This document shows positions 1 to 13,200 of a stretch of DNA of 64,000 bases, piece by piece. The stretch is taken from contig OZ004611.1 of assembly GCA_963924565.1 (NCBI GenBank), positions 20,336,001 through 20,400,000 on the forward strand. Reading direction: 5' to 3'. This stretch comes from Ascidiella aspersa. Lineage: Eukaryota. The notes beneath the pieces were generated by a model that was given only the letters and a program-made list of their open reading frames with translations, did no database searches and was not told the DNA's origin. The translations under genes were made by a program, and so were the position numbers. Each line of letters begins with the position of its first letter. The first letter of the stretch is position 1.

Positions 1-1236
1 ATTGGCACAAAGACTGACATACAAATATACACAGAAAATAAACCTTTAAACTTTGTGGGACAGGTTCTCTTAAATATTTAATAATAAGCAAGAATAACAT
101 ACCAATAAAACGCGCTAAAACACTGGAAAGGACGAATAAATATTATTCTGTATCATAGAATAGACAAACTTTACATCAAATCTAAAGTTTAATTCAGATA
201 TTACGGTCTTTAGAGTTAACATGTGATTTCTAAAGGTAAGTGTTTTGTTTAAGATCATAAACAATTAAATCATAGTTAAATTTATATTTAAATTGTTACA
301 AATGACGTTAACTTTTGAACTGTTACAAACGACGTAAGAGTTATTTGGTGTTAAACATTGAAACACATGTTAAACGTACAGATTTGTTCGCCATTATATT
401 TTGTCAATTAAATAAATTAGTTAAACGAACAAATAATCTAATTCACCAAGTAGAGCAGTTTGTGTGGTTCACAAAGAAACAAAGTAAAGGTCAATAAAAA
501 TAACAACGATAGAAAAACATTTCATTTTATTTTTAAATTTTATAGGAAAAAGAAGGTTAGCAAAAATAACGTTATGTGGAGACTATATTGGCATTTCCGT
601 TCAATTATGTACAAAGCTTTGTTGCTTATCTGCGATTTTTGTCGCTATGGCTACTTAGAGGATAGAGTAGGGTTTTGTACACATTTCTGTAATGAATACC
701 GTCGCATGTACCTCTTTTGACGGCTCACAGTATAATAGCGGGACGTGAAGCTATATCCAACAGAATTGCACTTGCAAAAATAAAGCCTTAATTACTTCGC
801 GCGGCTGGAAGGTGGCAAAGACGTAACTAAATAACAAGCAAGTCTGAAAGCTGCCATCTCAAGGATGTGCACACTTCCACACAGACTCACCCAACACTAG
901 GTCTTTGAACCAAAACGTCGGTAAAAATGTTGCAGCCTTAATACTTATGGGTATTGTTGTTTGTGGCTTTGCTTTGGTTTATAAAGAAATCACGTTAAGA
1001 TTTGCGTTTGGTTTGACTTGAATATAGATAGACCAGTTCTTATCAGCTGTCAGTACCGCCTTGTGACGATAATAACGCTCCCGACTGGGACTCAACCTGT
1101 CCAGAACCTAAAAAGAGCGGCGAAAAAGGTCCATAGCGTTTACTCTACAAATAAATAACAGCGAAGTTGTGAGCGCGCGCAGTAGCCCCACCGCCCGGTA
1201 AAGCGATCGTTTCCGATTCACCCGCAAGGTAGCGCG

Positions 1237-4200
1237 CTAGAGCGGGTCGAGGCCCTTCTTCTTTTTCTTCTTGGACGTTTTGCCGGAGAGAGGCGAAATG
1301 GCTTCGAGTTTATGGGGCCTTCTGACCAAGTCATCGACGCCGGAAAATGCGCCCCCGTTACCCAGGGCCCCGAGACTGCCGGCGGAAAAGGGGTGGTGGT
1401 GGTTTAGGGCGGCGCCGTTCGGCGGGCCACGCTCTCCCCCGTTCTGGGGGTATCCGTTGGCTGATGACGTCAGCGGCGAGCTGGGGCTGTTGGTGTGGTA
1501 CCGACCTGTAAATCAAGCGGTGGATGGATGATTTTTTTTTAGTTAACGAAGGATCTGCTTCATCAGATCAAAAATCGAAAGCACATTAATCCCTTGACTA
1601 ATGCGAATTTTCGAAGGATCACGGGCATAATGCGAAAAATGACGCCATTCTAACAATAACAACACATTCACCAAAAAATATATTAAAAATGAATGTTGAA
1701 GTCAAATAGGTTGAGTAAATCGACATCGTCTCATTAAATTCGTTTTGATACCACATGTATCATCATCAGTTGATATGTATCACCATAAGCACATTAATTG
1801 ATAATGATACCAGTGCGCAGCAAAACGTCATTATTAAGATGATGTTGAATTGCGTGACCTATTTGGCTTTGACATTGATTTTAAAGCTACAATATCAGAC
1901 AAAGTATAAACTGTGTATTAATGCCCGCCCGTTTACACTACAGCTGCACTGAGCTGACCAAAGCGTAATTTACATGTAAATTCTATTGTTTTAAGCTGTT
2001 AACGCTTTGCTAAGCTCAAGCCAAGTGCAGTTAACGAAAAACGTTATGATTTGGAGCGATTTTTACGCCCAGCTCAGCTCAGCTCAGCTCAGCTGTAGTA
2101 AAACAATTTCACGCTCAGCTCAGTTCAGCGCAGCTGTTAGTGTAAACGGGCCGCTACAAAACTAAAGTTCAACTACGCGATTTTTCGCAAACGATCTCAA
2201 AATATAACGCACATTGTGCCGGTCTTTAAAGCAACCTTTTCATTTGATTGTTTTAAATCTAAAAAAAAACAGGCATAGTTGACATCCTCGGAGGCTCTGT
2301 CTATGAGTAAACAGATCTAACATTGCCACAAAACATGCAAGTGCGCCAAGCCAGCGCTCACCTCGGACTTGGGGCTCAGAGTGGGTCGACGAAATGATCT
2401 GCTTCACCTGTCGCTTGGGCATAAAGTAGCTGGAGGCGAGCTGTTCGTTGCTGCTGCGATTCAGCCGCGCGTAGTACTTGTCCTCGTCGCTACGCTAAAG
2501 GCAGGATAATCAAAGGTTATAGCCCAGTGGTTCTCAACAATGGTGCCACGGCACTCTAAGGCAGGGGTCCGGAAATACGGGCTCGCGACCCTAATTTGGG
2601 TCGCGGGACCATTCAGTTTGGGTCGCGAAAGCCTTATTAATAGAGTCCTGTATTTTGTGCTTGTTAATAGAGGCCTATATTTTAAGTTTTCTAATTGTTT
2701 CCATTCGTACACTGAATTGTATACAAGATAGCCGCCTTACTTTGAGCGCGACTAAAATTGTCACGCGAAATATATACACTAAGCCCTGTAAAAAGTCGTG
2801 AGTGTTCGTTCGATCCAGGTGATGGCAAAGAGCGCTTGCAATCCAACGCTATTTTGACCATTACCAACCAAACTGATCTGCTTACCGCAATCTGGTTTAC
2901 TTCTTGGTATATGTTTTTTTAAAAAACTCTCTTTCATTTTTTTATTCCGTTTCTGTAACCAAAGCGTCGTAAGCACGTTGTTCTCTTCGTTACATCGTGT
3001 CCCAAAATCCTTAGATGCGAGCCCTATAATGTTGAGTTTCCTAAATCGATTGCGATGAGACGCCGGGCATTTTTAGTGATTCGCGCAAAAAAATCATTAC
3101 ACACCTTGCCAGTAATTATTGCACTAAGAAAGCGCAATAGCGGACGTGTGTTGAAGGGGTTATGGCGGGGAATTGATGGGGCTGCAAGCCTGCAGCCCAT
3201 ATTGGTTGCGAAATCATATTTGTCATCCGAATGACATATCAAAAGTAGTAAAACTCAAGGCTTCTTTTCAGTAATGTTACAGAACCCTTTCTCTTTAACA
3301 ACGCATAACATATAGATGTGTCTTAATGAACAAAAACCACAATAAATTACTGTGTGTTTTTAGCAAAGCTATTGCATTAAAAACAACTCGAAGTATTTGG
3401 GTCGCGAGACCTCGGTACTAGCAATTTTGGGTCGCGCCAAAAAGTATTTGCGGACCCCTGCTCTAAGGTGTCATTTGTAACGCTCAAGGGTGCCGAGATA
3501 TATTTTAAATCTTTAGGATTCCAATTTTGCTCTATTGGTTAGCTTCTTGATGCTTTTTTTGTGTACGATATAAAGTGCCAAGAATTAAAAAGTTTTTTTC
3601 AACCTTGTTGCACAGTAAATGTGCTTTTTTAATCTCGATTATTGTAACGTTACAGTTAACTACAAAAATGTGAGCAAGGGGGCTGCGAACTATTTATTTT
3701 TGCTGTAGCTTAGATCAGGCAAAGGCATAGAACGGCGCTTGAAATTTTTTTGTTAAACTCGATTTGCGCTTGCAAAACCTTTCGGTCGGTTACCTTGACT
3801 TGGCTCTGATCAGGGGCCGATCCAGGAGAAGGGGGCGCGTGGCCATGTCCCCTCCCCAAACTGTATTTTCCCCCTATCTTAACTTCGAAACTGGAAAAAT
3901 GCTGCCAGTGTTATTAAGATTACTTCTTTGTTGCTTACGTCTTTTGGACCAAAGATTTGGGTTGAAACGAGGTGTTTTGTTTGAGCAATTTTTTCATAAA
4001 ATTGAGCTATCTATCCTAATTTTTGCATAAAAAACAATATACTTTACTTTCCTTTCTATATGTTGCGTAATTATTATTTTTTAGTTTAGTTATTGCTTAT
4101 ATTCAGACGATTATACCAATTTTATTAGTTTAACGTTTTATTTATATGACAAGGATTTGTTTAAAGTTGACTTGCTCTAATTATAACTCGACTTGGCAAC

Positions 4201-7200
4201 TGATGACTTGAATTTGGACATGAGATGTTATTTATTTTAAAAGACTTGACTTGGACTTAAGTTATTTATTTTAAAAGACTTAAATTGGACTTAACTGAGA
4301 TTTAAGTCATTTGAAATTGATTTGTTTATAACACTGATTTATACTAAAGAGTAACTTGTTCAGAAGTATGATATTTTGACCTGTTTAACAACGGCCCAAA
4401 ACAACTTTTAATGAACACATCTCACCTGCGAGTAGCTTTCAATCGAACTTGAGGACTGCGGCGGGGAATACCCGAGAGAGTTGGATCGGTCGATGTATTG
4501 GCCCCTGACCCCGTTTTGGGGACCTGCCGAACGAAATTTGTGCAATAAGACCAAGTAACGTATGAAATACTAGACATTTCTTTAGTTTAGTACAACATAT
4601 CAGTCGCTTTCTATTACAGAGAGGCTATGTCAGTTGTTTTAAAGCGTTCGACTAATAACACAACTTTTCGTTGAAAACCAAAGATGAACGTCAGTTAGTC
4701 CCATATCGAAAAGTAAGCGCTAATTAATGCCTCGAAGTTTGGAGAAGTTGTTTTGAGAGGCAGATCAAACCTTTAGGCAGCCGCTAGCAACTGTTTTCAA
4801 TGACAGGCAACGACGCTATGCTGATAACAATCCTACCGTGAGATTTTCGATTAAGCGTTGTTATTTTTACGCAATCAGACATATAGCAATTTGCTCGTAC
4901 AAACGAGTTTGATTTAGTTTACTTTCCATGCAAGCTAATGTAATGAGTAGATAAGTGATATGATTTAAAATGCTTCGCGGCACAGCACCAGTAGTGCACA
5001 ACTGTACAACAGAACTTTTTGTAATTTCGTAAAATTTCCTATTTAAATTAGAAATCGTCCCACGAAAAAAGGAATAATCCTTTAATTCAAAGCAAGCAGG
5101 CGAAATATTGATGCACATTATTTTTTGTTCTCATACAACTATTTATCATGTTCTACACCTATATTCAGGGTTGCCATGCCGTGCTTATTTCTACGATTTG
5201 TGCTTATTTTTGGGTGCAGTGTCTTAGAAAACACAATTGTGCTTATTTCTAAGAAACCTGCTTATTTTAGAGGTGTGTGCTTAGTTTGTCTTATTTTAGT
5301 TTTAAAAGTGTTCTTTATCAATTCTTTTACATTAACGGGGGAGTGAGAGACTTTTTTAGGATATTTGCCAGGTTCTTTGACCCAGATTATAACAACAATG
5401 CATTAAATTACATAATACCAATGGATTTTTTTGCTTTAGTAATCAAGTAAACTTTCGGTTTGACGTGAGGACTGACATTTTAGGTTTAGGCATGCCACAC
5501 GTGTGACAGTAAAGACAAAATATTATTAAGAAAATGAGTCAGCATAAGCACGTTTTTTGTGATAAACATGAAAATGAATTTTCTAATGTCCAACGAATTT
5601 GAAAGGGAAAGAGCTACGATCATTGCTGTTATTGTGATTGCGAAATCAGCCCAGAGGCTATGGAAAACACAATGTTACAACAACAACAAAAATTGCTATA
5701 AGCAAATTTTTATTTTATTACAAGCCAAACTCCGCCAAGTGAACTAAACTTGACTACCAGGTAGCGTCGACTGCAGGCGTTCCATGCTGCTATGCACCAC
5801 GTTTTTAAAAGGTGTACATGTGCGCTCTGACACAAAAAAGTTAACAAAGCTTGCATTAAATAAGGGTGGGAATCTTGCCAATTTCGAGCAAATAAACGTA
5901 TTTTTTCGTGCTTCGCGCGATGGAGCTACGTTTTGCGCATACAAAAATAGGTGTTTTTAACTTTTTATTTGATGACATTATTCCTAAAAGCTTGGATTTC
6001 ACCCCCGCAATCCTGGATCTCCTGCTGGTCTTCAGTAGTGCGCTTAGCGTGCTCATTTGTTTGAGTAGCGTGCTTATTTTTTGGTTTGAGCAGATGGTAA
6101 CCCTGCCTATATTGCATAGCCATGTGTTAGGCAATAAAAAATGCAATGCAGACGAAATGAAAAAGCAATAATTGTTTCATGTTTTGTTTTGTTTTAGTGC
6201 GCTGCAAGTTGGAAAAAGTCGATAACGGCTGTTCTGGCAAGACTGATCGGCACTTACCTGGACTGGGCAACGAGGTCTTGATAATCTGTAGATCGGGTAG
6301 GATCCAGCGCTGTTGGTCCTCGTCATAGCGCGTCTCCGATCGGATTCGATCCAGGTTGCTGTAGTTACAGTCGCGTCGGATGGTCGGCTGCACCTTGGAC
6401 ATGATGCTCTGCCGAACCAGAAAATAACTATAGTTTTTGCTACAGTTCAATGAAAGATACACATGCATATGTGTTCAACAACTGTGATCTAGTCTAGCCC
6501 TTCTGAAGCTGCTTTTTGACCAACGATTATGGCTTACCTATCATTAGTACACCGAAAGCCATCGTAGCCGACACTGCGTTTCTCGACTTGCTCCTCTCTG
6601 AGCCTGTGTAGCTCAGTTGGTAGACCGACGGTCCCGGTATTGACCGGAGGTCGTGTCGTGAGTTCGAACCTCACTGCAGCCCAGTTTTTTTCTAGCCTGC
6701 CTTGCTTGCACCGTTGATCGACAGATTCAGTGAGTCTAAGATGGCTTGTTGTGTACTAGTGATACGTATCACAGAAGGCTGGTTGTTTTTCTAGCCTGCC
6801 TTGCTTGCAGTTTTGCTAGAGATTAAAGATGTTCGATATTATGCCATGTGGTAGCATCGGTACTTGTCCGATCCTAGGGCAGTATCGGTGCCGTTCCGAT
6901 ACCAAACTAATATAAAAAAAAAAGTATAGTCAGTAACCATTTGCGATCAAACGCAGCTATTTTATATTGAAGTGTGATTTTATCAAAAAAGTTGGTTAAC
7001 CACTTGATGTAACTAAATTTCCTTGCGCTGAAGATATATTTGTCCTAACAACCTGGCAGGTCGACCTGTAGGAAAATTTCAGTTTCATCTATTTTGCTTG
7101 TTTGAGCTATGAGCATAGTGACCACATTTGGTATGGGATCAGATCGCAATACTTTTTTACAATATTTTCGGGGGCTGGTATCGGAATAAAATGTCAGGTA

Positions 7201-10200
7201 TCTGATGTCCCCACTAGGAATTTTCGATAATTTTGAAGATTATATGCATGGCAGTATCTTTCTGCATAACTTTCAGTTGAACAAACACGGTACAAGGAAA
7301 ACGTTTAGGCTAAATATGTTAAGCACGCTTCTGGCATTTTACATAAGGAAATAAAAAGTTGAATTGAACAATCACCTCTTTTTGCCTTTTCAAAGAAATG
7401 AATAGTAGGACAAAGTTATGTCAACGACACTAACTCCAAGGCTAAAAGCATTAAATTAAGAAGCACAAAGAGGCACACAGATAAAACAACATATGTGACC
7501 TTACATCATTGTTTTACACATAAACACACGAGGTCGTAAGCCTTACGTTAAGAAGTTCCAACTCTCGTTCTTGCCTCCTAATAGTTGCGAGGTACTCGGT
7601 TCGATCCCGCTCAAACTCGTAGTTCAAATCTTCGATTTCCATTTTAAGGCCTTCAAGCTGAAAATAATTTACTTTAAAAAGCGCATAGCTTGTGTATCAT
7701 GCCATTGCTCAAGAAAATGGGGCGTTTTTACATTGGTGTTGTAATGACTTAAGACATTCACCTGACTGAAGTGTATTTAAGTAACTGTTTTTATAAGTCT
7801 TAACTTATGTTGAGTATTTCCTTCAAAATGACTTCAGTTAACTTAAGTTTTTGGACAAATAACTTGGTTTGGACTTTGGTCATTTAGGGAAAAGACTTAA
7901 TCATAGGTGTTTTAATTGAAAACATCCGTGAAAAAGGTTATTATTAACCTCACTTTTAGACGTTAGCAAATTGCTTGCTATTATCTTGCTTTGGTGTTTG
8001 GTATGCTAAATATTGCTTGAAATGCAATAATAGGCAATTTTGATAGTTAACATTTATTTTCATGCCAATGGCCCCAAAATTGACTTGCTACGGCAATGGC
8101 TTGGACAGGGAGTTAAGTCCAAGGATTTTTCACTTATACAAAACAACAGAAAATTACTGCTCATGCGTACCAGCTTTTCAGGTTTAGATTAGCTTAGCAC
8201 AGTGTTTGTTAATCAGGTGAATGGTTCAACCCAGGGTAAATAAAATTTTTGCAGGGGTGAACCAACCAAAAGGGGTGAATAAGGGTGGGTAAATCGTCAG
8301 AAAGGGATGATAGCTTGGGAAACAACCTAAGTCATTTTGTGCTTTTGTATATAGACAAGATAGTTTTATCATATCATGAGACAAGGGTGAATGAAATCGG
8401 GAGATGCTAGATGCTAGGGGTGAACAAAACTAAAAATAGTTTAAGAAGTACTGGCTTAAAAAAGCACAGTCCAGTCATATACCTTATTGTCAATTTCAGT
8501 CATATACCTTCTTGTCAATTTCTTGCGAGTGATTTTATTATTATCACAAACATATAAGTTAAGTTTTATCTTTAAGCATATCATTTTTTTATGTTTGACG
8601 TTTTCACGTTTATAATATTTGAATCACAATTAAATGTAAATTTTTCAGTTTATTTTCGAGGTTTTTGAAAGAATCCTGTACAGGTGTGAGTAACTGGCTC
8701 GGATGTCACGTGAATAATAGCCAATCCTGCCATACCTTCTTGTCCTTCCTGACCAGCAAGCGATCGCGCGCCTTCACTTCGTCCTGTATGCTGTCGTACA
8801 CGTCCAGAATGGTCTCGTCGTCGTCTCGCACGTGAGCCTCGGCCAGTCGTCGCTTCCGTTCGTCGACGTGCTTCCGTCGCACCTGCTTGCGCTTCTTGGC
8901 CTCCTCGTCGCGCGATCGCTCGCCGCCCACCATGTTCTGCTGCAGCATCTGGAGTCTGCGCGACACGAGATACCATACAGCAGTGATTCCCAAACTGTGT
9001 GCCTCGAGAGATTGCCATGTGTGCCGCGAAACTTTTTGTAATTTTGGAAAATAGAGTATTTGTATTACCAGTAGGCAGACACTCAAGATTTTTAAAATAC
9101 GCACTACACTTACAAAATAAATCATATTGAGACATCCACTTATAGTTTGTCGTGTGTTAAAGGCGATTGTAAAATGACTCTATTGTTGGTCCATTAAAAC
9201 TGTGCTGCGAACTATTTAATATATTTTTAGTGTGCCGCGAGCCAAACAAGTTTGGGAACTACTGCCATACAGTGTTGTAAACCGGGCGTTTTGAAACGAT
9301 TCAAGTATCGGTCAAGCCATTTGCGAAATCACCAAAGTTCAAATGCGGTCTTTTCAATAAATAAAAGTCAAATCCTGGTCCAAGTCATCGGTTGCTATAG
9401 TCAACTTCCAGTCAATTCATTACTAGAAAAAGTCAACCACAAGTCAAGTTCTTGTCGTAAAAATAAAACGATAAACTCTTAAAATTGGCAAACTCGTCCG
9501 ATTTAGACCAATAACTCAACCACCATGTTCTGCTGCAGCATTTGGAGTCTGCGCGACACAGGATACAATACAGTGTTGTAGACCGGGCGTTTTGAAATGA
9601 TTAAAGTCCCGGTCAAGTCATTTGCGAAATATCACTAAAGTCCAAATGCGATCTTTTCAAAAAATAAAAGTCAAATCCTGGTCCAAAGCATCAGTTGCTC
9701 TAGTCTAGTCAGATTCCAGTCAAGTCATTATTAGAGCAAGTCAACTCAAATCAAGCTCTTGTCATGAAATTAAAACGTGACAAACTCGTCCGATTTAGAG
9801 AATAGCTTAACCTTAAAAATAAGTAAAACCCAAACATTATGCAGTCTAAACGTTTTACGTGCGAAATTGAGATAAATATCCCATTTTAAACCCAAGTCAT
9901 TTGACTCAAAGACTCAAGTAATATATTTATTATGGAGATAAGTTTTAAACTATTTTTTTAACTTTACCTCCTTAGCGCCTCCTCGTGTTGCATCATGACG
10001 TCATCCTCGTTATACTTCTCGTCTTCGTCCAAGACGGCGTTGAGGGTGTCTTTCTCCCCCGGTCCCGACACCCCCGACGCCGGCTTGCTGCCAATGTACT
10101 GGGCGACTTGGTGCTGGGAAAATAAAGGAAGATAAATTCGATATATCAGAATTTTCAATAGACCAGATATAAAATTGCAAGATTTTCTAGTCCATATTTT

Positions 10201-13200
10201 CCATAAATTCGCTATGCTTTTATAGATAAAGCTGTTACAACATTTTACGGTATAACAACCACTAAATTCAAGTATAACTTCGCGTATGATTCTCACTTGA
10301 CCTTGTGACTTGTTTTATAGGTTGCCACAATTAAATTAACTCAGGTTTATCTTGACAAAATTAAAAATAATAATCCAATAAAAAATGTGTTGGAAAACAT
10401 ATTCCCAAATTTTTAGTAAACAATTTGGCTAAATATTTCTAGAGTTGTTACTGTTTTTTGTCCGATTAATTTACCATGGACATAGTCATACGTATTACAA
10501 TCAAAACGTGTATTTAACCTCAAAACTTATACCGCGAGCCGGCTACAAGACGTTAGCTGTTTTCAACGCCAGGGCAATAATTGATAAAAACCAAATGTGG
10601 CCACGCGTATGTATACATGTACAGATTATAATAAGAACTGCTGAGTACCGAAATGATACCGAGTATAGGAAGTTGTAGGATTTTACAAATTTGACAACAC
10701 GCCACTTACATAATGGATTCTATAAAACATTACGTGTTTTTAAATTAATAGATTAACTAGAAGTTTTATTCGTCAAAATGTGTGTCGGAGCGCTAATAAC
10801 ACATCTGCGCAGTTTGGCCTAAAACATATATTCGGAAACGAAAACAGAAAATCACTGACCAACTGCACTGCAACATGCGCGCCAACGCAAAATCGGCCTT
10901 CAATAATTTAACGCGCGATTCGTAGGTCACCTGTTGGTCTTGCAGCTGCAGTTGCTGCAGTTGTTGCTGTTGTTGTGACGAAATCAAGGTTGCTTCGCTT
11001 CCTACTTCAGCGCTCTAAACAAAACGGAGACAAAAATCGTTAGCGTATGCCTGTTTTGCTGTGGTTCTTACTATATACTGGGTGCAGACTTTACGAATCT
11101 TAATATAACACCGAAACGACTGGTAATCAGGGATAAAAGTAGGGTGTTTTGCAGTTGAGATGGCTCTAATTACATGCTACACTCGATGCACGAAAACCCT
11201 TTGGTTTTATGTAGTTGAAATAGGCAAAAAATATGAGGAATTGCCTCGTGTCTAGTATGTAAAATAGGTCGCGGGCCGGACGATTTGTACTGGCGGTCCA
11301 GAACTGCCTCGTGCCGTAGGTTGCCCACCACTGCTTGGTCGACTAAACGTTCAATTATTTGTAGGGACATTGTATGGACACAAAGCATTGTGTGTCCCGC
11401 TCGCTAAAGCGACCCGTGACAGTTTTTGAACTACAGTACACACTATTGACATTTTCTGCTTTGAACAAATTTGTTTAAATTAATAACATTTTTGGGCAAC
11501 TTGATTTTTTATTGGTCCAATGTCTTATACCATTACTTTGCCGACGAGAAAATTCCCAGTTGTTCAAATAGGAACCATAACTTATAATAACTGAAGCCTA
11601 GTAGGGAAGTCGTGCGGTGTTTTTTATAACAACAGTTTAAAAGGAGATTTTAATTATAAATATCAGGCTTAGGATAGTATATCGCCTGTATCGTTCTACC
11701 GAAAAATAAATCTAAAACATTAAACTAAGTAATGTAGATACTCAAACAGTGATTTGAAAGTAAAACCAGGAAAAACAAATTATCAACCCAGCCAGATAGT
11801 ACACGTTAATTTCAACAATTTGTAAAATCCACAAGGATCTCAAAATAATACGCGCCAGAAGTTGCCATATCAACGCAAACGAGCGACCATATCCTATTTT
11901 TTATTCTCTGTTTTCGAACCAAAACAACAACTGCGTGACGTCATCGTTACCTCGAAGGAAGATTCGTAAAATCCGACGTCGGAAGTGTTGGAGGGACTTG
12001 CGGCGGCCAGCACCTTGTAATTAACATTGAAGACTTGCGTAAATGTATACGGGTGGTAAATATCAGACAATGAGCGACACCAAATAACATGCGACGAAGC
12101 ACGGTTCGCGCTTTTAGTTTATATAGAGCTTGTATTTTTTAACAAACACCGTAACACCAGTCTGCCAACATTCACTGTCCTTCAATTCAGCAGGCCCGTA
12201 GTCGAAATACGATAAGAATTTGATTGGCAAGATTATGCTGCATACAAACATAACCAGTACAACGTAATAACCAGTACAACGTACCACCCGATAGTGGATA
12301 TTCATTGGACAACAATTCCCATAAACAAACAGTTGCAAACGTTGGAGTTCCAACGTTACGGCAATTCAAAACACCCGTTTCGTATAAATGCATGCATCAC
12401 TTTATCTGAATATTGCAAATTTTTCTCCTGAAAGATTGACAACATTGCTGTGATTTTTTTTAAATTGTACGATCTGCAGAAAACATTTTACGTAATGGGT
12501 TGACTAATTATCACACAGTATACAAACCGTCTGTGGAGATAGACACTGAAATTCTGGTGGGTATGCTAATATCTTTTTTTCGGAAACCTGGATTTATGTT
12601 ACATATCCTAATTTTAAAAATCGGGAAAAATGTATTCCTCAAGCAACATGCAGCGATACCACGCATCGAGCCCTGCCATACACTTCTTAAAATCCATGAG
12701 GGAGGCAACCAAGAAAAAACAAACAACGACCACAACACAAATCCGGCAGCAGGAGAACCGTCGCCAGCACAACGAGAAAGAACCGGTCGAAACCGGTTCG
12801 GGGTGCGCCTTACTCCGAACGCGTCGGCGGCAGCCACCGCGTCCATAACGCCGGAGATGCGGTCGTGAATGGAGCGCTTCACAGACACTTCTAAGGCGTG
12901 ATTGTAGATCAGCTCGGACAGCTTGAGCATCAGGTTGGCAGACTGTCTGTACACCAGCACGTCGGTGTCCTCCTGGGGGCCGCGCTGCTCCAGCTCTGAC
13001 GAGCTGGTGACGTCATCACTTGCGCAGCAGCTGCTCACGTCACTTCCGGTGACGCTCGAGCCGCTTTCGAGGTCGCGGTCCGGGTAGGGCGAAATGTGCG
13101 AGAGCTTTTCGGCAAGCGAAGGGCAGTGTTGTAATGACTTATGTCAATGACTTGACTTAACTTAAGTCAGGGTTTTCAAATGACTTGACATAAGTCTTTT

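Noticed and set aside
2779-3242. ORFs inside the 899-bp hAT element as transposase
   Set aside because: No BED finger, DDE or hAT dimerisation motif recognised.
6602-6683. Functional tRNA gene
   Set aside because: Acceptor and D stems are mismatched and there is no 7-nt anticodon loop; treated as a tRNA-derived element.
12511-12813. Extension of the 175-aa ORF past the donor, and overlapping plus-strand ORFs
   Set aside because: A strong GTAAGG donor at 12813 gives an in-phase join to the next exon; the extra ORFs have no recognisable features.
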